64,000 nt of DNA from Candidatus Parcubacteria bacterium (GCA_963718875.1 OY970378.1:196396-260395); one strand, 5' to 3'; counted from the first letter of the stretch, positions 19,178-28,237 are shown. Numbers and translations: made by a program. Notes: generated by a model not told the origin, from the sequence alone.

Positions 19178-19249
19178 GGGTGATAAACAGGGGAGGGAGC
19201 GACATATCCCGCTTCCTCCCCAACAACTTAAATAACTAGGAGAATTCCC

Positions 19250-20380
19250 ATGGAAATGTATGTTAAGCCGATTGAAAAAACGGCATTAGATAAATACTTA
19301 GCTATATCAGACTTAACGCAAGATGGCGCAGATCATGCCATTACTTTGCTGTACCAAAAAATTGAAGCTTATATTCGAGCCACTCATCCTACTAGCAAAG
19401 TGATTGTGAGTCGCAAAAGCCCGATTGTGAGCGTGGAGGATAATTACGATAATTTACTTATCCCGGCAAATAATATTAGCCGATCATCGACCTACACTCA
19501 TTACGTAGACAAAAAACACATATTGCGCACCCATACGACGGCTCATATACCGGAAATTTTAAAAGAACTAGCATTACGGAATGATTGGACAGATGTGGTT
19601 ATACTGTTGCCCGGACTCGCCTATCGCCGTGATGTTTCGGACAAAAAGCATGTAGGTGAAGTACACATGCTGGATATCTGGCGCGTGGTTAAAAATGATG
19701 CCAGAAAAAAGATTGTTAAAAATGATCTGCTCAAAGTAGTTAAGGGAGTGGCGGCTACGGCCGCGCCTGATTGGCGGCTGCGTATCATCGACTCGCCGCA
19801 TCCGTATACTGATGAGGGCATAGAAGTGAATGCCGTACTAGGTGAGCGGGATATTGAAATACTCGAGTGTGGGCTTATAAAAGACAAAATATTGTTCAAT
19901 GCTGGGCTTGATCCGGCAGCTTATTCGGGTTGGGCCTCGGGTATAGGGCTTGATCGGCTAGTGATGACGCTCAAGGACATTCCTGATATTCGCTACTTGC
20001 GTTCTGTTAACCCTGAGATTGCCGCGCAAATGAAAGACTTGGCCTCATATCATGAAGTATCCAATCAACCGGCTATTAAGCGCGATTTGTCTTATAGTGT
20101 ATCCAAAACTTACGTCGAAGAAGACATTAGCGAAGACATCCGTCAAGCGCTGGGGGATAAAGTAGGCGTTCTCGAAAGTGTGGAGATTTTGAGTGAGACT
20201 AGTGCTGGGGGTTTACCAGAAAGTGTTCGTGATCGACTTGGCTGCGGTTCGGATCAAAAAAATGTTTTGGTACGTGTCACACTAAGACATTTGGAAAGGT
20301 CGCTCACTAACCAAGAAGCCAATAACATCTATGGGCAAATCTATTCCCGGGTTAATTATGGGACGGGCGGGTATCTGTAG
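19250..20380 (+). CDS. monomeric PheRS-like ligase (class II catalytic domain plus FDX-ACB; mitochondrial-type / SrmL-like)
   Basis: PIVSVEDNYDNL, ILRTHTTAH, YRRD..DKKH, HPYT, EILECG, GIGLDRLVM...IPDIR, PAIKRDLS, C-terminal RHLERSLT. Confidence 0.85.
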   Translation: MEMYVKPIEKTALDKYLAISDLTQDGADHAITLLYQKIEAYIRATHPTSKVIVSRKSPIVSVEDNYDNLLIPANNISRSSTYTHYVDKKHILRTHTTAHIPEILKELALRNDWTDVVILLPGLAYRRDVSDKKHVGEVHMLDIWRVVKNDARKKIVKNDLLKVVKGVAATAAPDWRLRIIDSPHPYTDEGIEVNAVLGERDIEILECGLIKDKILFNAGLDPAAYSGWASGIGLDRLVMTLKDIPDIRYLRSVNPEIAAQMKDLASYHEVSNQPAIKRDLSYSVSKTYVEEDISEDIRQALGDKVGVLESVEILSETSAGGLPESVRDRLGCGSDQKNVLVRVTLRHLERSLTNQEANNIYGQIYSRVNYGTGGYL

Positions 20381-20385
20381 TCGCT

Positions 20386-20462
20386 GCGGAGTATGGAGTA
20401 TGGAGTATGGAGTAAGAGCGGAAAATTTTTTCATACTTCATTCTACTTTCTCCCTACTTCGC
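20386..20462. repeat. heptamer-periodic inverted repeat
   Basis: gcggagt(atggagt)x3 ... acttcat/tctact...ctacttcgc. Confidence 0.65.
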
Positions 20463-20473
20463 ACAAGTTTATT

Positions 20474-20492
20474 CCCTGAGCTTGTCGAAGGG
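20474..20492. repeat. short REP-like palindrome CCTGAGCTTGTCGAAGG
   Basis: also at 55822-55840; inverted variant at 24882-24901. Confidence 0.7.
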
Positions 20493-20605
20493 CCACTATT
20501 GACGGCTGATTGTGAGCTACCTAAATCCTCAATACTTGATTGAGATCTTGGGTAGGTCTCCCCGCGCTGTTCGCGCGGGGAGTAACCCACATCCTTGTAT
20601 GATGC

Positions 20606-20944
20606 TCAGGTTCGAGCGCCGACGGGGAACGGCTCGTACTCGATGGTGGTGACATCGTGACACTGGATGTACAGCTGCCCTGCGGCGTCTGCGCCGAAGA
20701 GTCTGACACGGTCTTCGCTTCGGAGCACCGTGTACTGCTTCGTGCAGTCCAGCGGGTCACGGCACTCGATCTTCAGGCAGTCGCGCTCCCAGTTGGAGCC
20801 GACGGGGAAGAGCTGGCGGAAGCTGACTCCCTCATCGCTGAGGAAGACGGCGGTACCAGGGTCGTTCAGACTGCTGAAGACGATCACGCGACCGTCGCCC
20901 GACCTGAATGCGCCGGAATTGTCGGTGAGCTGGAACTGATTCAT
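20606..20944 (-). CDS. GC-rich orphan hypothetical protein
   Basis: SD GGAAGGA, strongly G/C-ending codons, promoter TTGACA-17-TATAAT (21049-21021), hairpin 20558-20582. Confidence 0.75.
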   Translation of the reverse strand: MNQFQLTDNSGAFRSGDGRVIVFSSLNDPGTAVFLSDEGVSFRQLFPVGSNWERDCLKIECRDPLDCTKQYTVLRSEDRVRLFGADAAGQLYIQCHDVTTIEYEPFPVGART

Positions 20945-21060
20945 GTTGATTCCTTCCCGCCTTGCGGCTGGATAGGGGATGTGGAGGACGTTGTGGAGGG
21001 GTACTCCAAGAACTATTGTCATTATACCCTTAATTATTTAATATGTCAATTTTTTGTAAC

Positions 21061-21260
21061 CCGTGAATCCCGAAACCTCCAAACACGTAAACCTTTTTGT
21101 CATCCTCGATCGGAAGTTTCGCTCTGGCGGGACGTTCCGGATCGGGGATCCAGGCTTTTTTTCCTTTTCTAGATTCCCTACCCGGAGCGCCAAGCCAGAT
21201 AATAGTTGGGCTTGGCTTTCCAATAGGGAATGACAGATAGGGAGGTTTAGGGATTCACGG
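21061..21260. repeat. large nested palindromic REP composite
   Basis: outer 20-bp IR (ccgtgaatcccgaaacctcc / ggaggtttagggattcacgg) enclosing a gtcatcc...gggaatgac pair with inner palindromes. Confidence 0.8.
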
Positions 21261-21281
21261 TTTGTAACAATAAATCAACTG

Positions 21282-21310
21282 TTGACAGTACGGTTTTTGT
21301 TCGGTATGCT
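21282..21310 (+). promoter_or_regulatory. recA promoter with putative SOS operator
   Basis: TTGACA-g-TACGG-tttttg-TTCGG-TATGCT. Confidence 0.75.
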
Positions 21311-21404
21311 TGCTGCGTAACCTGGTAATCGCGTCCGTAAAAAGCGGGCGTAAAGGGGGAGATTTCCAGAACAAGCTAGATTAAGCATCATAAGGAAGGT
21401 TATA

Positions 21405-22472
21405 ATGGGTCAAACAGTATTAGACAAGCCGGTAAAGGTTCAAGAAACTAAAACGGCTAAGTCGGAAAGTAAGGTAGAGGCAGTGGATTCCGAAAATAAA
21501 TCCGAGCGCATGAAGGCGGTTGACTTAGCGGTGGCTCAGATTGAAAAGCAATTTGGCAAAGGCGCCATTATGAAGTTGGGCGAAGGTCATAAAATTGATG
21601 TAGAAACTTTCCCCACAGGAGCTTTATCTCTTGATTTGGCCTTGGGCGGGGGTATTCCACGTGGTCGTATTGTAGAAGTATATGGACCCGAGTCCAGCGG
21701 GAAAACTACTCTTACTTTGCATGCTGTAGCAGAGGTGCAAAAGCGTGGTGGGTTGGCGGCCTTCGTTGACGCCGAGCATGCTCTTGATCCCGAGTATGCG
21801 GCTCGTATTGGAGTTAAACTCGACGACTTATTGATCTCGCAGCCAGATACTGGTGAGCAGGCTCTGGAGATTGCTGAAACCCTAGTACGCTCCAGTGCAG
21901 TTGACTTGGTGGTGATTGACTCAGTGGCAGCCTTGGTGCCACGAGCCGAAATTGAAGGTGAAATGGGCGACTCACATATGGGTCTGCAAGCTCGGTTAAT
22001 GAGTCAGGCTTTGCGCAAACTGACAGGCGCAATTAGCAAGTCTAAAACCACCGTTATTTTCATAAACCAGTTGCGAATGAAGATTGGAGTAATGTTTGGT
22101 AATCCGGAGACAACTGCTGGAGGACAGGCACTTAAGTATTACGCTTCTGTGCGCTTAGATATCCGTAAATCCGAGCAAATTAAAGATGGTGATGCTGTAA
22201 TTGGTAACCACGTAAAAGTGAAGGTTGTTAAAAACAAGGTCGCAGCTCCTTTTAAAGTAGCTGAGTTTGACATCATGTACAACCAAGGCATTTCTACTGA
22301 AGGAGATATTCTCGACTTGGCAGTTAAGTACGGTCTGGTAGCTAAGAGTGGTGCTTGGTACGAATATAACGGTGAAAAAATTGGTCAAGGACGAGAAGCC
22401 GCTAAACAGTTTTTGAAGGATCATCCGGCCGAGGTAAAGAAGTTGGATGCCGAAATTCGCAAAGTAGCATAA
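21405..22472 (+). CDS. recA: recombinase A
   Basis: [38 protein letters not shown]. Confidence 0.99.
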   Translation: MGQTVLDKPVKVQETKTAKSESKVEAVDSENKSERMKAVDLAVAQIEKQFGKGAIMKLGEGHKIDVETFPTGALSLDLALGGGIPRGRIVEVYGPESSGKTTLTLHAVAEVQKRGGLAAFVDAEHALDPEYAARIGVKLDDLLISQPDTGEQALEIAETLVRSSAVDLVVIDSVAALVPRAEIEGEMGDSHMGLQARLMSQALRKLTGAISKSKTTVIFINQLRMKIGVMFGNPETTAGGQALKYYASVRLDIRKSEQIKDGDAVIGNHVKVKVVKNKVAAPFKVAEFDIMYNQGISTEGDILDLAVKYGLVAKSGAWYEYNGEKIGQGREAAKQFLKDHPAEVKKLDAEIRKVA

Positions 22473-22592
22473 AAACATGTTTTTTGGGCGTGGAACTGCG
22501 GCAAGCTTCCAGTCCGCGCTCAACGTACCATTAAGTACGTCTCACTTACGGGCTTCAGCTTTTCTTGTTCCTCATCCCAATAAAAATGTTTT
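22472..22592. repeat. ~121-bp structured repeat, copy 1
   Basis: terminal IR, tccagtccgcg core, acgtac/gtacgt inner stem. Confidence 0.7.
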
Positions 22593-22605
22593 TAGGATCT
22601 AGAGT

Positions 22606-23211
22606 ATGCCAAAGATTACTAAGATAGATAGTCAAAAGAAACGGCAAAATCGTTACTCGGTGTTTGTAGATGATGAGTATGCTTTTGCATTGTCATCTAA
22701 CGATTTGTTAAACCTGGGTTTGCATAGTGGGCAAGAGTTTAGTCAGGCCGAACTTCAAGAAGTTAAGGAATCGGCGGGAGCAGGGCGAGCGTATGACCAG
22801 GCTATTAATTATCTTAGTTTGAGAAGGCGGTCGAAGCGCGAAATTGTCGATTATTTGAGAAAAAAGGAAGATTACGATGATGGTCTGATTACTCGTGTAG
22901 TCGAAAAGCTCGAACTGGCAGGGTTTATCGACGATGTGGCTTTTACTCAAGCTTGGGTAAATGATCGTAACCTCTTGAAACCGCGAAGTCGACGTCAGCT
23001 GCAGCAAGAACTTCGTCAAAAAGGTCTGTCCTCTGATGTTATCGAAATTGTGCTATCAAGTATTGATGAAAGTGCTGAGCTGGAGCTAGCTATAAAAATT
23101 GCTCAAAAAAAACTGACCCGTATTTCGGATCAGCAAAAGTTAATTGCATACTTGATGCGCCAAGGTTTTTCTTACTCGATCGCTAAGCAGGCATTGGAAC
23201 TAACCAGCTAG
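22606..23211 (+). CDS. recX: regulatory protein RecX
   Basis: YLSLRRRSKREI, FIDDVAF, LQQELRQKG, YLMRQGFSY; follows recA. Confidence 0.93.
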   Translation: MPKITKIDSQKKRQNRYSVFVDDEYAFALSSNDLLNLGLHSGQEFSQAELQEVKESAGAGRAYDQAINYLSLRRRSKREIVDYLRKKEDYDDGLITRVVEKLELAGFIDDVAFTQAWVNDRNLLKPRSRRQLQQELRQKGLSSDVIEIVLSSIDESAELELAIKIAQKKLTRISDQQKLIAYLMRQGFSYSIAKQALELTS

Positions 23212-23276
23212 TTGCTGGTTGCGATGAGCCGATACACCAACACGAATGTTAGCGACCATAGAAGCACAATTACCAT
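23208..23276 (-). CDS. 22-aa hydrophobic small peptide MVIVLLWSLTFVLVYRLIATSN
   Basis: SD AAGGAGG; promoter TTGTGC-17-TATAGT; not in the ORF track. Confidence 0.55.
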   Translation of the reverse strand: MVIVLLWSLTFVLVYRLIATSN

Positions 23277-23341
23277 GAAGCACCCTCCTTCTTGGTTAGA
23301 CTATACCGTAACCAGTATAGAAGCACAAGAGTTTCCACTTA

Positions 23342-23893
23342 CTATTCAGGGGTTGGAATAACTGGAGGAGGAGCAAGCACTTGAGTAGCTTTTTTGATGG
23401 GTTTTGTAATAATAGCGTCTTTAACAATAATGGTTTGGGGCGTAACATCGATAATTTGTGCCCGATCGACAACCAGGTTATTCAGTAATAAGTTTTTTAG
23501 GAGAGATTGCTTTAAGTACAGTTTTTGAATTTTATAGCTAAGGGTGTCAATTGCAAAGTCATCTACCTTACCGAGCTTGGTGCCCGATTGAGTCATTACA
23601 CTGGCTCCAACGGGCTTGTACTGCTTGTCTATGACTGTTTTTAATCGAACGATTTCTGAAGGATCTTCAATATCATCTAGTGAATCGATAACTAGACCTT
23701 CTCGGGCAATTTCACGAATATCACGAGCCATAATGACTGATGTACGCTTGCGCCACGTGTTGCTACCACAGAAAACAGCTACAATTTCTAGGTTATCTGG
23801 GTTTACTACCGGTTCCTGGACTGTTGAAACTATTTGACCGTTGAGTAAACTAATGATTGGTAAGTTGTGGAGACTGCTTGCTAAGACGTACAT
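23342..23893 (-). CDS. tandem PRC-barrel domain protein
   Basis: V.TQSGTKLGKVDDFAID...IQKLY; two repeated barrels. Confidence 0.75.
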   Translation of the reverse strand: MYVLASSLHNLPIISLLNGQIVSTVQEPVVNPDNLEIVAVFCGSNTWRKRTSVIMARDIREIAREGLVIDSLDDIEDPSEIVRLKTVIDKQYKPVGASVMTQSGTKLGKVDDFAIDTLSYKIQKLYLKQSLLKNLLLNNLVVDRAQIIDVTPQTIIVKDAIITKPIKKATQVLAPPPVIPTPE

Positions 23894-24038
23894 AAATGCT
23901 ATTGTAGCAGTTTATCTTGACCTTGAGGCTAAAATTGGCTACAATAAGTCAATTAGTAACTAACCTTTTTGTTCCGTTGCAATAATAAGTCAACGGGATT
24001 CCAAAGATATGATTTGGAGCCATAGAAAGGATACGCAT

Positions 24039-24422
24039 ATGCGTCCGTACGAACTGGTGGTATTGCTCCATCCAGATTTAGAAATTGATGTTGATACTCC
24101 GCTCGCCAAGTTAGAAAAGTTGGTTGATGCGGTGGATGGGAAAGTAACTCGCAGAGATAATTGGGGGAAGAAACGGCTAGCCTACCGTATTAAACACCAG
24201 GACTTTGCTGTTTATGTTTATTTTGAGTTACTGCTCAGTCCAATGAAAGTTCAAGATTTTGAACGGACATTGCTTTTGGCCGAAGAAGTTATGAGACACC
24301 TCTTGGTAAATAAAGAATCAGTCAAAGAGCCAGAGGAATCAAGTAAAAAGCCCAAAGTAGCTAGCGCAATCGCAAGCAAAACTGATGACAAAGAGGAGGG
24401 TAGTGATGGCAAAGAGCTTTAA
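24039..24422 (+). CDS. rpsF: 30S ribosomal protein S6
   Basis: MRPYELVVLLHP, WGKKRLAYRI, EEVMRHL. Confidence 0.96.
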   Translation: MRPYELVVLLHPDLEIDVDTPLAKLEKLVDAVDGKVTRRDNWGKKRLAYRIKHQDFAVYVYFELLLSPMKVQDFERTLLLAEEVMRHLLVNKESVKEPEESSKKPKVASAIASKTDDKEEGSDGKEL

Positions 24423-24864
24423 TCAGGCTATTATTATGGGTAATCTTACTCGTGATCCAGAGCTGAGAACAACTCCGAGCGGTCAGCAAGTAGCATCTTT
24501 CGCGGTGGCCACTAATCGTCAATGGCAAGATGCGGGTGGGGAGCGCAAAGAGGCTGTTGAATATCATGAGATTGTAGCTTGGGCTAAGTTAGGCGAGTTG
24601 GCGGCACAATATTTAGCCAAGGGACGAAAAGTTTTGGTAGTAGGGCGTTTGCAGACCCAGTCTTGGGAAAAAGACGGGGTAAAGCGATCTAGAACCGAGA
24701 TTGTGGCTAGCGACATCAGTTTTCTTGATGGACGCAGCGAGGGCTCTGTTGAAGGTTCGGTAACAGCGCCTGCCAAACCAGCTTCCAACGCCAAACCCGC
24801 TGACGACGTTGTGATTGAAGATCTTGGTGAAGATCAAGTAAATCTGGATGACATTCCCTTTTAA
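24406..24864 (+). CDS. ssb: single-stranded DNA-binding protein
   Basis: GNLTRDPELRTT, C-terminal DDIPF. Confidence 0.98.
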   Translation: MAKSFNQAIIMGNLTRDPELRTTPSGQQVASFAVATNRQWQDAGGERKEAVEYHEIVAWAKLGELAAQYLAKGRKVLVVGRLQTQSWEKDGVKRSRTEIVASDISFLDGRSEGSVEGSVTAPAKPASNAKPADDVVIEDLGEDQVNLDDIPF

Positions 24865-24947
24865 AAACATTTAACATTTAACCCTTCGACTTCGCTCAGG
24901 GCAGGCATTTGACGGTCAAAGTCAAAAGTTAACGGTCAAAGGTCAGG
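24865..24947. repeat. heptamer-periodic inverted repeat interrupted by a CCTTCGACTTCGCTCAGG palindrome
   Basis: atttaac/atttaac-[insert]-atttgac ... gtcaaaa/gttaacg/gtcaaag/gtcagga. Confidence 0.75.
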
Positions 24948-24961
24948 AGTATATATACAAC

Positions 24962-25180
24962 ATGGCTAATTTCTATGCAAAAAAAGTTTGTCGGTTCTGT
25001 GCAGAAAAAACCGATGTAATTGATTATAAGGACGTAAAACTGTTGCAGCGGTTTTTATCAAGCTACGGTAAAATTGAATCGCGAAAGCGTACAGGTGGTT
25101 GCCTGAAGCATCAACGTCGTTTGGGTGTTGCTTTAAAGCGGGCGAGGCATATAGCTCTTCTTCCTTTCAGCGTCCGATAG
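24962..25180 (+). CDS. rpsR: 30S ribosomal protein S18
   Basis: [28 protein letters not shown]. Confidence 0.97.
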   Translation: MANFYAKKVCRFCAEKTDVIDYKDVKLLQRFLSSYGKIESRKRTGGCLKHQRRLGVALKRARHIALLPFSVR

Positions 25181-25181
25181 C

Positions 25182-25302
25182 AACCTTTTGTACTTGGCAC
25201 ATCTCATCGTCAAACTTTGCGCTCCTCGCTCGACGTACCTGACTAGTACGCCTTGCTGCGGTGCTCAAGTTTTCCTTGACCTGCACTCAAGTACAAAAGG
25301 TT
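25182..25302. repeat. ~121-bp structured repeat, copy 2
   Basis: 15-bp terminal IR aaccttttgtacttg/caagtacaaaaggtt; cgtac/gtacg inner stem. Confidence 0.75.
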
Positions 25303-25347
25303 TGGCTGTTAAGAAAGTTTTGCGTTAAACAATAAGGGGAAAGTATC

Positions 25348-25908
25348 ATGTATTCTGGAAATGACCTCAAAAAAGACGTTTTGATTGATCTTGAGAACGT
25401 GCCTTATCGTATTGTTGAATCGGCACATCATGCTATGGGTCGAGGGGGCGGTGTTGTGAGGGTAAAGCTAAAGAACCTGCTTAATGGAAGTGTCCTTGAA
25501 AAAACTTTTCGTCCTTCGGACAAAATTCGCTCGGCTGAAATCGAGCGAATGCCTATGCAATTCTTATATCGTGACGGTGAGAGTGCTGCTTTTATGAATC
25601 AATCTACCTACGACCAAGAGTTGGTGAATTATGAGGTGCTAGGAGATCAAGCGGCCTATATGGCTGAAGGCAGCGAAGTCAACTTATTGCAGTTTTCTGG
25701 CAAATTTATTGGGGTTGAAATGCCAAACAATGTTTTTTTAAAGGTAGTCAGTACCGAGGTTGGGGCCAAGGGGGATACGGCTACAACTGCGCTAAAAGAA
25801 TCAACGGTTGAAACTGGCCAACGGGTGATGGTGCCTTTATTTATTAACGAAAATGATGTTATCAAGGTTGACACCAGGACGGGGCAATATTTAGAACGAC
25901 AAAAATAA
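25348..25908 (+). CDS. efp: elongation factor P (Arg-type, GRGG loop)
   Basis: MGRGGGVVRVKLKNL, KGDTAT, VPLFI...IKVDTRTGQYLER. Confidence 0.96.
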   Translation: MYSGNDLKKDVLIDLENVPYRIVESAHHAMGRGGGVVRVKLKNLLNGSVLEKTFRPSDKIRSAEIERMPMQFLYRDGESAAFMNQSTYDQELVNYEVLGDQAAYMAEGSEVNLLQFSGKFIGVEMPNNVFLKVVSTEVGAKGDTATTALKESTVETGQRVMVPLFINENDVIKVDTRTGQYLERQK

Positions 25909-25931
25909 CCGTCCAGAACCTTCAGTTAAGG

Positions 25932-26300
25932 ACGTCATTCCCGCGGATCCGTCGACTGACGGAGGGAATCAATCTCTATGAAACAGCAATCATATGTCTA
26001 CATTATGGCTAACATCCGACCGACTCTATATATTGGAGTCACGAGTGACTTAATTGGTCGCGTTTATATGCATAGGAATGAAATGTACGAAGGATTTACT
26101 AGCAAGTATGGTATTACTAAATTAGTTTATTTTGAAGCTGCCGATAGCATCGAAGCAGCCACTCTAAGAGAAAAGCAGTTGAAAAGGTGGAATCGTGATT
26201 GGAAATTGCGCCTGATTACAGAGAAAAATCCAGAACTGGATGACCTTTTCCCTCAATTAGTTGATAATCAGATTGATTCCCGCCTGCGCGGGAATGACGT
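25932..26300. repeat. inverted REP pair (25932-25975 and 26270-26300) flanking the GIY-YIG gene
   Basis: acgtcattcccgcg...gggaatcaatct / agattgattcccgcctgcgcgggaatgacgt. Confidence 0.85.
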
Positions 26301-26379
26301 AGTTGATTTTGATAGAGCCGATGTGAAAAATGATATTGGTGTTCTTGAGGCGACAATTAATCGTGAGCAAGAACAATGA
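25978..26379 (+). CDS. GIY-YIG nuclease (YhbQ/UPF0213-like, REP-associated)
   Basis: YVYIMAN..TLYIGVTSDL, FTSKY...LVYFE, REKQLKRWNRDWK. Confidence 0.92.
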   Translation: MKQQSYVYIMANIRPTLYIGVTSDLIGRVYMHRNEMYEGFTSKYGITKLVYFEAADSIEAATLREKQLKRWNRDWKLRLITEKNPELDDLFPQLVDNQIDSRLRGNDVVDFDRADVKNDIGVLEATINREQEQ

Positions 26380-27155
26380 AAAAGCGTATTGATCAACTGC
26401 TGGTTGATCGTGGTATAGCGGCGGATTTGAAAGAGGCAGCGGCTTTTGTAATGTCCGGTGAGGTTTTGCTGGGTGATCATAGAGCTGATAAGCCCGGTGT
26501 GTTGGTGGCGGGCGATGCTCGAATTAGCTTAAAAGAAAAATCAAAATATGTGTCTCGAGCAGGGGACAAGTTGGCATCGGTTCTTGGGCAGCTCAATTTG
26601 GAATTTGTAGGCAAGGTAGTACTTGATGTCGGGTCGTCCACTGGTGGTTTTACCGATGTTGCGCTCCAAAATGGTGCTAGCAAAGTATATTGCGTGGATG
26701 TTGGGACGGCTCAACTTGCTTTTAAACTGAGGCAAGATCCACGGGTTGTAGTAAAGGAAAAAACTGACATTAGAGAGCTCAAAGGCCTGGTTTTAAGTCT
26801 GGGAAAAGATTCAACCGAGTATCAAGACTTGGTCTTAGCGGGGGTTGATATGGCTGTGATTGACGTATCGTTTATAAAACTCGAAAAGATATTGCCGGCA
26901 GTCGCCAAATTGATAAAGCCTGACGGGATAATTGTAGCCATGATGAAACCCCAGTTTGAGGCCGAAAAAGCCGTGGCTGATCGGTTTAAAGGAGTAATTA
27001 GCGATGAAGCGGTGCGACAGGAGATAATCGGTAATTTTAGGCAAGGAGTTATATCTCAGTTTGAAATTGTGGCTGAAGCCGATTCAAACGTTTTAGGATC
27101 AAAGGGTAATCGAGAGCGGTTTTTTGTACTTACAGTTAGTAAAGACTCAAACTAA
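26376..27155 (+). CDS. tlyA: TlyA-family rRNA methyltransferase
   Basis: S4 domain, YVSRAGDKL, DVGSSTGGFTD, DVSFI, KPQFE. Confidence 0.94.
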   Translation: MKKRIDQLLVDRGIAADLKEAAAFVMSGEVLLGDHRADKPGVLVAGDARISLKEKSKYVSRAGDKLASVLGQLNLEFVGKVVLDVGSSTGGFTDVALQNGASKVYCVDVGTAQLAFKLRQDPRVVVKEKTDIRELKGLVLSLGKDSTEYQDLVLAGVDMAVIDVSFIKLEKILPAVAKLIKPDGIIVAMMKPQFEAEKAVADRFKGVISDEAVRQEIIGNFRQGVISQFEIVAEADSNVLGSKGNRERFFVLTVSKDSN

Positions 27156-27157
27156 AC

Positions 27158-28237
27158 TTAGGTATTGAAGCGAAACTCTACTACATCACCGTCTTTCATG
27201 GTGTAATCCTTTCCTTCTAGCCGCATCTTGCCGTTGGTTTTGGCTGCGGCCTCAGACCCTGATGATATAAGATCATCATAACTAACAATTTGGGCTTTGA
27301 TAAAGCCTTTTTCAAAGTCGGTATGAATCACTCCAGCTGCTTGAGGGGCGGTGTCGCCTTGATGGATAGTCCAGGCTCGGACTTCTTTGGGGCCGGCAGT
27401 TAGAAAAGTTTGTAGTCCAAGGGCTTTAAATCCGGCTTCAGCCAAAGAATCAAGTCCTGAATGTTCTTGTCCCAGCTCTTTTAATAGTTCGACGGCTTCG
27501 TCGTCGGCTAGCTCCATCAGCTCGGCTTCGATCTTAGCGCACAAAAAGACCGTGGGGTAGGGGTTAACGATGGTTTGCAGATCTGCCCTAAGTTTTTCGT
27601 CGCCCAGCTGGTTTTCGTCCAGATTAAAGACGATGATGAAAGGTTTGGCTGAAAGCAACTGTAGGTCGCGAACTTCTTCTTGCTCTTCCGGTGTTAAAAA
27701 AGCTCCGGCTAATTTGTCGGCATCAAGTTCAGTTTTTAATTGTTGGAGTAAATCGGCCAAAGGCTTGGCTTTTGGGTTGCTTTTAAGCTCGCCCATGATG
27801 CGGTTGAGCCGTGTTTCTACCGTGGCAAGGTCGGCCAAAATTAACTCGGTGTTTATAATTTCAATGTCATTTTTGGCATTAACCTCATCTTCAACGTGGG
27901 TAACATTTGGGTCTTTAAACACCCTTACCACCTGGACTATGGCATTGCACTCACGGATATGCGATAAAAACTTGTTGCCTAAGCCTTGTCCGGTACTGGC
28001 TCCGCGCACGAGCCCGGCGACGTCGACGAACGTAACTGTGGCCGGGATGATTTTTTCTGGTTTATAAATTTCAGAGAGTTTTGCTAGTCTAGGGTCGGGA
28101 ACAGGAACGATGCCGACATTAGGCTCGATGGTTGCAAATGGGTAGTTAGCAGCCAAAACATTATTTTTTGTAAGAGCGTTAAATAAGGTGGATTTGCCAA
28201 CATTGGGAAGGCCAACAATGGCAAGGGAAAGGCTCAT
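27158..28237 (-). CDS. ychF: redox-regulated ATPase YchF
   Basis: GLPNVGKSTLFN, NYPFATIEPN, EGKDYTMKDGDVVEFRF. Confidence 0.98.
   Translation of the reverse strand: MSLSLAIVGLPNVGKSTLFNALTKNNVLAANYPFATIEPNVGIVPVPDPRLAKLSEIYKPEKIIPATVTFVDVAGLVRGASTGQGLGNKFLSHIRECNAIVQVVRVFKDPNVTHVEDEVNAKNDIEIINTELILADLATVETRLNRIMGELKSNPKAKPLADLLQQLKTELDADKLAGAFLTPEEQEEVRDLQLLSAKPFIIVFNLDENQLGDEKLRADLQTIVNPYPTVFLCAKIEAELMELADDEAVELLKELGQEHSGLDSLAEAGFKALGLQTFLTAGPKEVRAWTIHQGDTAPQAAGVIHTDFEKGFIKAQIVSYDDLISSGSEAAAKTNGKMRLEGKDYTMKDGDVVEFRFNT

Noticed and set aside
23971-23999. Hairpin in the rpsF leader as an S6:S18 autoregulatory RNA
   Set aside because: A plausible stem, but I cannot match the consensus by eye; it needs a covariance search.
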